A stretch of DNA of 63,991 bases, counting the filler, from Ionaspis alba (Eukaryota): assembly GCA_964255285.1 (NCBI GenBank). It is 11 parts of 11 records of this genome, joined end to end, with 100 filler letters (N's around TTAATTAATTAA, not from the genome) between each part and the next. Parts side by side here need not be neighbours in the genome. Positions count along the whole stretch, not along the records: positions 58,815 to 63,991 come from CAXUUL010001034.1; 10 more parts are not named here. The stretch is one strand, 5' to 3'. Positions 59,534 through 63,991 of the stretch are shown piece by piece (position 1 is the stretch's first letter; every line of letters starts with the position of its first letter). The notes under the pieces were generated by a model that searched no databases, had not been told where the DNA came from, and was given only the letters and a program-made list of their open reading frames with translations. Position numbers and translations under genes: made by a program.

Positions 59534-62333
59534 TCATCGCGCAAACACCTTCACAACCCCATCACCCCCACCACTAACCACCCACCTCCCATCCTGGCTC
59601 CACACCACCGCACACACGCCCTCCCCGCGCATCACACGATGGCTAGTGATATCCTGGATACAAGTCCGTTTTTCCAGCGACCAAAACCGCAAACTGGCAT
59701 CGTGGCCCGCAGAGACGAGTTCGCGGCCGTCGGGCGATAGAGAAAGAGCGGAGATGGCGGAGGGATGGGCGAGCATGTTGTAGGTGCACTGACCTAAACA
59801 CCACCAATCTCATCAGTATGCTGTTCTTCGGTCTGGCACAGATGATGGAGGGGGAAGGGGCTTACCGCTATTGGCATCAAAGAACCGGATGTAGCGATCT
59901 TCATGCCCGCTCAACACCATTCCCTCGACGCCACTACTCGAGCCCGTAGCGCCGTGCACGACGTCCTCGCCTTCGGAGACCCCACGAGGCGAATCCAGAC
60001 TAAGCGTTCCGTCCAATCCGGCCGTCGTGGCTGCCACCGCATTGACGCCTGTACCCGGTGTGCCGTCGTAGGTCTCAAGACTCGCCATACCGACTACCTC
60101 CTCCGCGGTGCGTGTATCGTAGATCAGGACTGAGGCGTCGGTGTACGAGACAACGAAAGTCTCGCCGAGCATCGAGAGGGGACTTATGCACGTTGGTGAT
60201 GGGTGGTCCCGCCGCTCGATGCGGTGGACCAGAGAGTAGTGGAACGGTGTTCCGGTGGCTGTGCTCGGTTGAGGCGATGAAGGGAAGTTCGAGCCCGAGG
60301 ATACGGAATTTGCTCTTCGACTGCCACCGGCACCTCTCCTGGAGCCGGAATGCGGAGATGATAACTGCGGCGGGGAGCTGACTGCCCAGATCAGGATCGT
60401 GCCGTCGGCTGATCCCGAGGCGAGGAGCATTCGCTCTGGGCCGCCGTGGCGGGAGTTTTGCTCGCCGAGTACGGATGCTGAGGACCCTGGGAGAACGCAG
60501 ACTGTCCATACGGCGTCTGTGTGGCCGTCTAGCGTTGCTTTCGGGTCTACCCTGCCGCGCTCCCAGACGCGAATGGTTGCGTCTTGCCCACCCGAGAATA
60601 CCCAGCCGTCACCTAGAGCTCTGCCTCCATTTGAAAAATTTTGCGAAGCAGGGGAAGCAGCGAGCGACATTACCGCACCAGTGTGGCCTCTGTGGGTAAA
60701 GTAGCTTGGGATGTCCAGATCATTTCCGGCAGCGCTGGAATGCGGTCCCAACCCTCCATAGCTGGCGGGGATGATCCATCGTTTGATGACTCCATCGTCC
60801 CCTGTGGTACATATTTCAGGCTCTGCTGGACTTCCTCCACCAGTGAAGATCACCGATCTCACTACGTCAAGATGACCACGCAGAGCGAAGCGGATTTTGA
60901 AAGTCGAGGATTCACCTTTCATGCTTCCAGAACCTTGGGAGAGAGACAGATCGCGCAATTCGTGGGACCCATCACTTTGCCGTCTTTTGGACAACGAGCT
61001 CTTTCTTCGATGAGAGCCAGGTCCTCCACGAGGTGGAGATTTCAGAGGAGCGATATGAGCGTTCGGGAATGGATCATTATCAGGCCGTTGGGGTGGAGCG
61101 TATTCGGGTGGGGGAGGTTCTTCATGAGCTGGTTCTTGAGGATCATCAAAATTCCATCCATCGGTATCAGCGTGCTCAGGTTCTTCTGATATTCGTGGGA
61201 CTTCGTCTTCATTTCGTGTGGGTATTTGCTGTCCGTGACTGTCGTAGCTGTGGGAGACTTTCTCTATCTGATCTTCAGGTATTGGTTGAAACTCGTAGTT
61301 TGATCTGGAGGCATTCCATCGGTCGATGGAGGTGCTGGGTCCTCCTTGAGCTAGCGGTTGTATGTCTGGAAGGCTTCGAGTCATAAAAGACGCTTGTTCT
61401 GGTGGCTGTGATCTTGACAGAAGTGGTATGTCTGAGTTCCGCGGAATTGGAGGTGGCTGGTGGTTTGGTAACGATGACGATTGTCCGAGTATTCCCGAGT
61501 GGTTCGCTTGCTGTTTGTGTCTTTGGATGTAGACGTCGTCTAGAGACTGCTGGGGTAGTTGTTGATTCGTGTATTGATGATTTTGTAACATCTGTTCCTG
61601 TTCTTCTGCAATCTGTTGTTGTGCTGCTGTCGTAGGTACAACGTGATAGGTGACTTCCTGTATACATTTTCCGAGGTAGACGCGGGATTTCTCCCTTTCT
61701 GTATCTTGTTTTAAATCAGAGGAGATCGGTTCTTCAGTATCCAAGAAGGAATTGTGAGGTTTCGGTGGTTGAGCTAAAGGTCAGAGGATCAGCTGGTGTA
61801 ATGCTCCCCAAATCATTCTGTACCTACGTTTCGACTCCGCTTTCCCGAACTCCTTTAATCCGGGGCTGCCTGCTGGTTTCTCTTCCATAGCCGTTCCAGC
61901 CTGTAAAGCTTTCGTCTTTTCCCTTTCCCTCTTAAGCGCATTCTCCAGGATTTTGACATGTTTTCCCAGTGACTCCTGTAGACGTTTGCTTGTCCTGCCA
62001 TCGCCCTCGAGCTTGCCAATCCGAGACTTCATTTCTGCTCGCTCAATCTCCCACGCATTTCGGTCTCGCTCGTGTCGGTGCCACTCGGTTTGGAGAAAGC
62101 GCATCACACCTGTGGATGGAGAATTGGTCAGTTCAACGCTACGGCGCTGAGGGAGTACAGAGTTCTAGAAGGGAGCCATCATCAAGACTACTTGTAGACA
62201 TACCTTGCAGCGTGTACTCTGTCCCTTGTGGTTGGTTGCCTTGATTGCTTCCATCTCCTCCTCCTCCTCCTCCGCCTCCTCCACCAGGACCGCCTCCATT
62301 GACCGCCATGGAAGGAGAATTCTGCCAGGCCAT
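59534..62333 (-). CDS. pro11: Striatin, STRIPAK scaffold (PRO11/HAM-3/StrA)
   Basis: [37 protein letters not shown] coiled coil; WD40 repeats ([40 protein letters not shown]). Confidence 0.96.
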
Positions 62334-62833
62334 CAACGGCCCTGGCTAGTCGTGATCGTTCTATCAATGGTGGAAATGTTTGTGTTGCTTGAAGAAGGTT
62401 GAAAGACAGCCCTTCTATAGCTAGACGTGCTTCTGGAATCAACCCCCAGTCGGTAGGATGAAAGGGTAAATCTGAGACTTGAGGGGATAGTTCTAGAGCC
62501 TTGGTAGGAGCGAAGCTATACCATCGTCTTGATGCGCCAGCAAACAAGACCAATGGAATAGTGTCGTTACACGAAGTAGGGTAGAAACTCACGCTGTCAA
62601 GGTTTGCTGGAGACGTGGGACTGCGCGCAGGTGAGGTTCAATCCAGCCGGTGGTCGCCCAGAGTACACTAGTGGCTTCTTGACAGAACCTCGAGTCCCTG
62701 TACGTATCCCTCGCTCAACACCACGACGACAAATCCTACAGCAGACCCCCTCAAATCAATTTCGTGATTATGAATTACGTTGAAAAACGGGAGCTTCAAA
62801 AGGTCCTATTTTGTATATCTAAAGATCTGAGAA

Positions 62834-63991
62834 CTAAAATTCTAGCTCTTCGACTTCCATTCCACATTCAACACACGCCTTAACTCCAACACCCATCTCC
62901 GGGTTCTCAGTCGTTCGGCCCCATACATGTGTATGCTTCCCGCCTCTACTTACATCATCCCCGAACTCCCCACCACCTGCTCCCCCTTGACGACTCCGCC
63001 TATAAGCCTCGACTCGAGTTTTCTTCTTCAACTCTACCAACTTCGATTTGAACTTATCCTGCTTTCGCTTCTTCTTCTCTGCCTCTCTCTTCTCGAACGC
63101 ATCATCCAAAGCTTCTGCCGATCCCCATTTCTTGGAGAAGGCGTACTCCTCGACCTGATACCGTAAATAAAGCATCATGTTGTTCCACGTAGACTTATGA
63201 GGATTCGGTCTCTCCAGATGGGGCAGTAACTCGTCGTCCTTCAGTTCTGGATCAGTCAAGAGATAGTCTTCTCTTGCTTCGGTCTTGGTAAGGAGACTGT
63301 ATTTATCTGGAAATTTCTCCTTGCACCCATTGCAGACAGCGCATCCGAAGACATCCTCCCACTTCCAGTCGATCTCCAGGCTTCCACATTCCCGGCAGAC
63401 CTTATTGTCCTCTTTCTTCAATACACTTAGCCCTGGCTCGAAAGGGCCAGCTTTCTGTTCTCTCAAGGAACGCAACAACTGATGCCGCTCCCACTCCTTC
63501 AAGCTCATGTGTGCTGGTTTCTCGTCCGCGTTAGGAGCATGTAGCGCTTTGTTGTGTGGATCGTCCTCGACGGTCAGGAATCCTCCCTTTGTATCTGTCA
63601 TCTTACTGAAGTCATATTCAACAAATTTTGTGAAGTTCCTGGCTGGCTGAATCTCGTCGAGGGGCCGAAAAGTTCCCTGCTTCGTGGCATCTGTATTTCG
63701 CCCATCTCGTGAAGTAGCCGGGAGGTTCCTGGAGATGCTGGCGTGGGTACGCTTTTGGCCAGCGGCGAGGTTGATGGTGGATGGGGTATTGCGAGTTGAA
63801 GGGACCGCTTGTTGTCTAGCTTCAGCCTCTCGCTGGTCTCGAAGCGCTTTGGCTTTGAGACGGTTGATTTCCTGGTATTATACGTCGGTAGCCGTCAGCG
63901 TTATGGGAGATATGATTTCGGTCTTACAATTTTCTTCACTTGCTCCGGAGTCAGAGGCGACCTAGGCATCACGCCTGGAGCTGCTGCAGCC
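62834..63991 (-). CDS. RAD14: DNA repair protein XPA/Rad14, 5' end outside the window
   Basis: PLTPEQVKKI|EINRLKAKA; EYDFSKMTDTKGGFL; zinc finger CREC..CNGC; KYSLLTKTEAREDYLLTD; NPHKSTWNNMMLYLR. Confidence 0.96.

Noticed and set aside
428..63965. Many antisense or overlapping ORFs of 60-200 aa in the ORF track
   Set aside because: They are shadow frames of real genes with no independent coding signal.

Overview
Intron-containing DNA of a filamentous ascomycete (Pezizomycotina). It is not a contiguous locus. Ten identical 100-nt spacers (N44-TTAATTAATTAA-N44) join eleven segments, and the first ten shrink steadily from 5864 to 5708 bp. These look like size-sorted contigs pasted together, so gene adjacency is meaningful only within a segment. 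Most genes are housekeeping: MDM31, PNO1, proteasome beta6, SAP30BP-like, RPA1, CAF120-like, complex I 24-kDa subunit, Pcp1-like spindle pole body protein, an MFS transporter, striatin and XPA/RAD14. Two segments stand out. Segment 41368-47088 carries a spliced MscL-like channel with a zinc-ribbon tail, a candidate bicistronic pair of Lys/Pro/Ala-rich ORFs (28 nt apart, no ATG between their starts) and a divergent acyltransferase with a similar Lys/Pro/Ala tail. Segment 53007-58714 carries a DNA-transposon end, a HeLo-like domain fused to two Ste50-type RA domains (possible integrated-decoy immune protein) and two orphan ORFs. Also present are a decayed NACHT (NLR-like) pseudogene, a pseudokinase and a PD-(D/E)xK-like protein. 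All calls come from reading motifs by eye; no database search was run.
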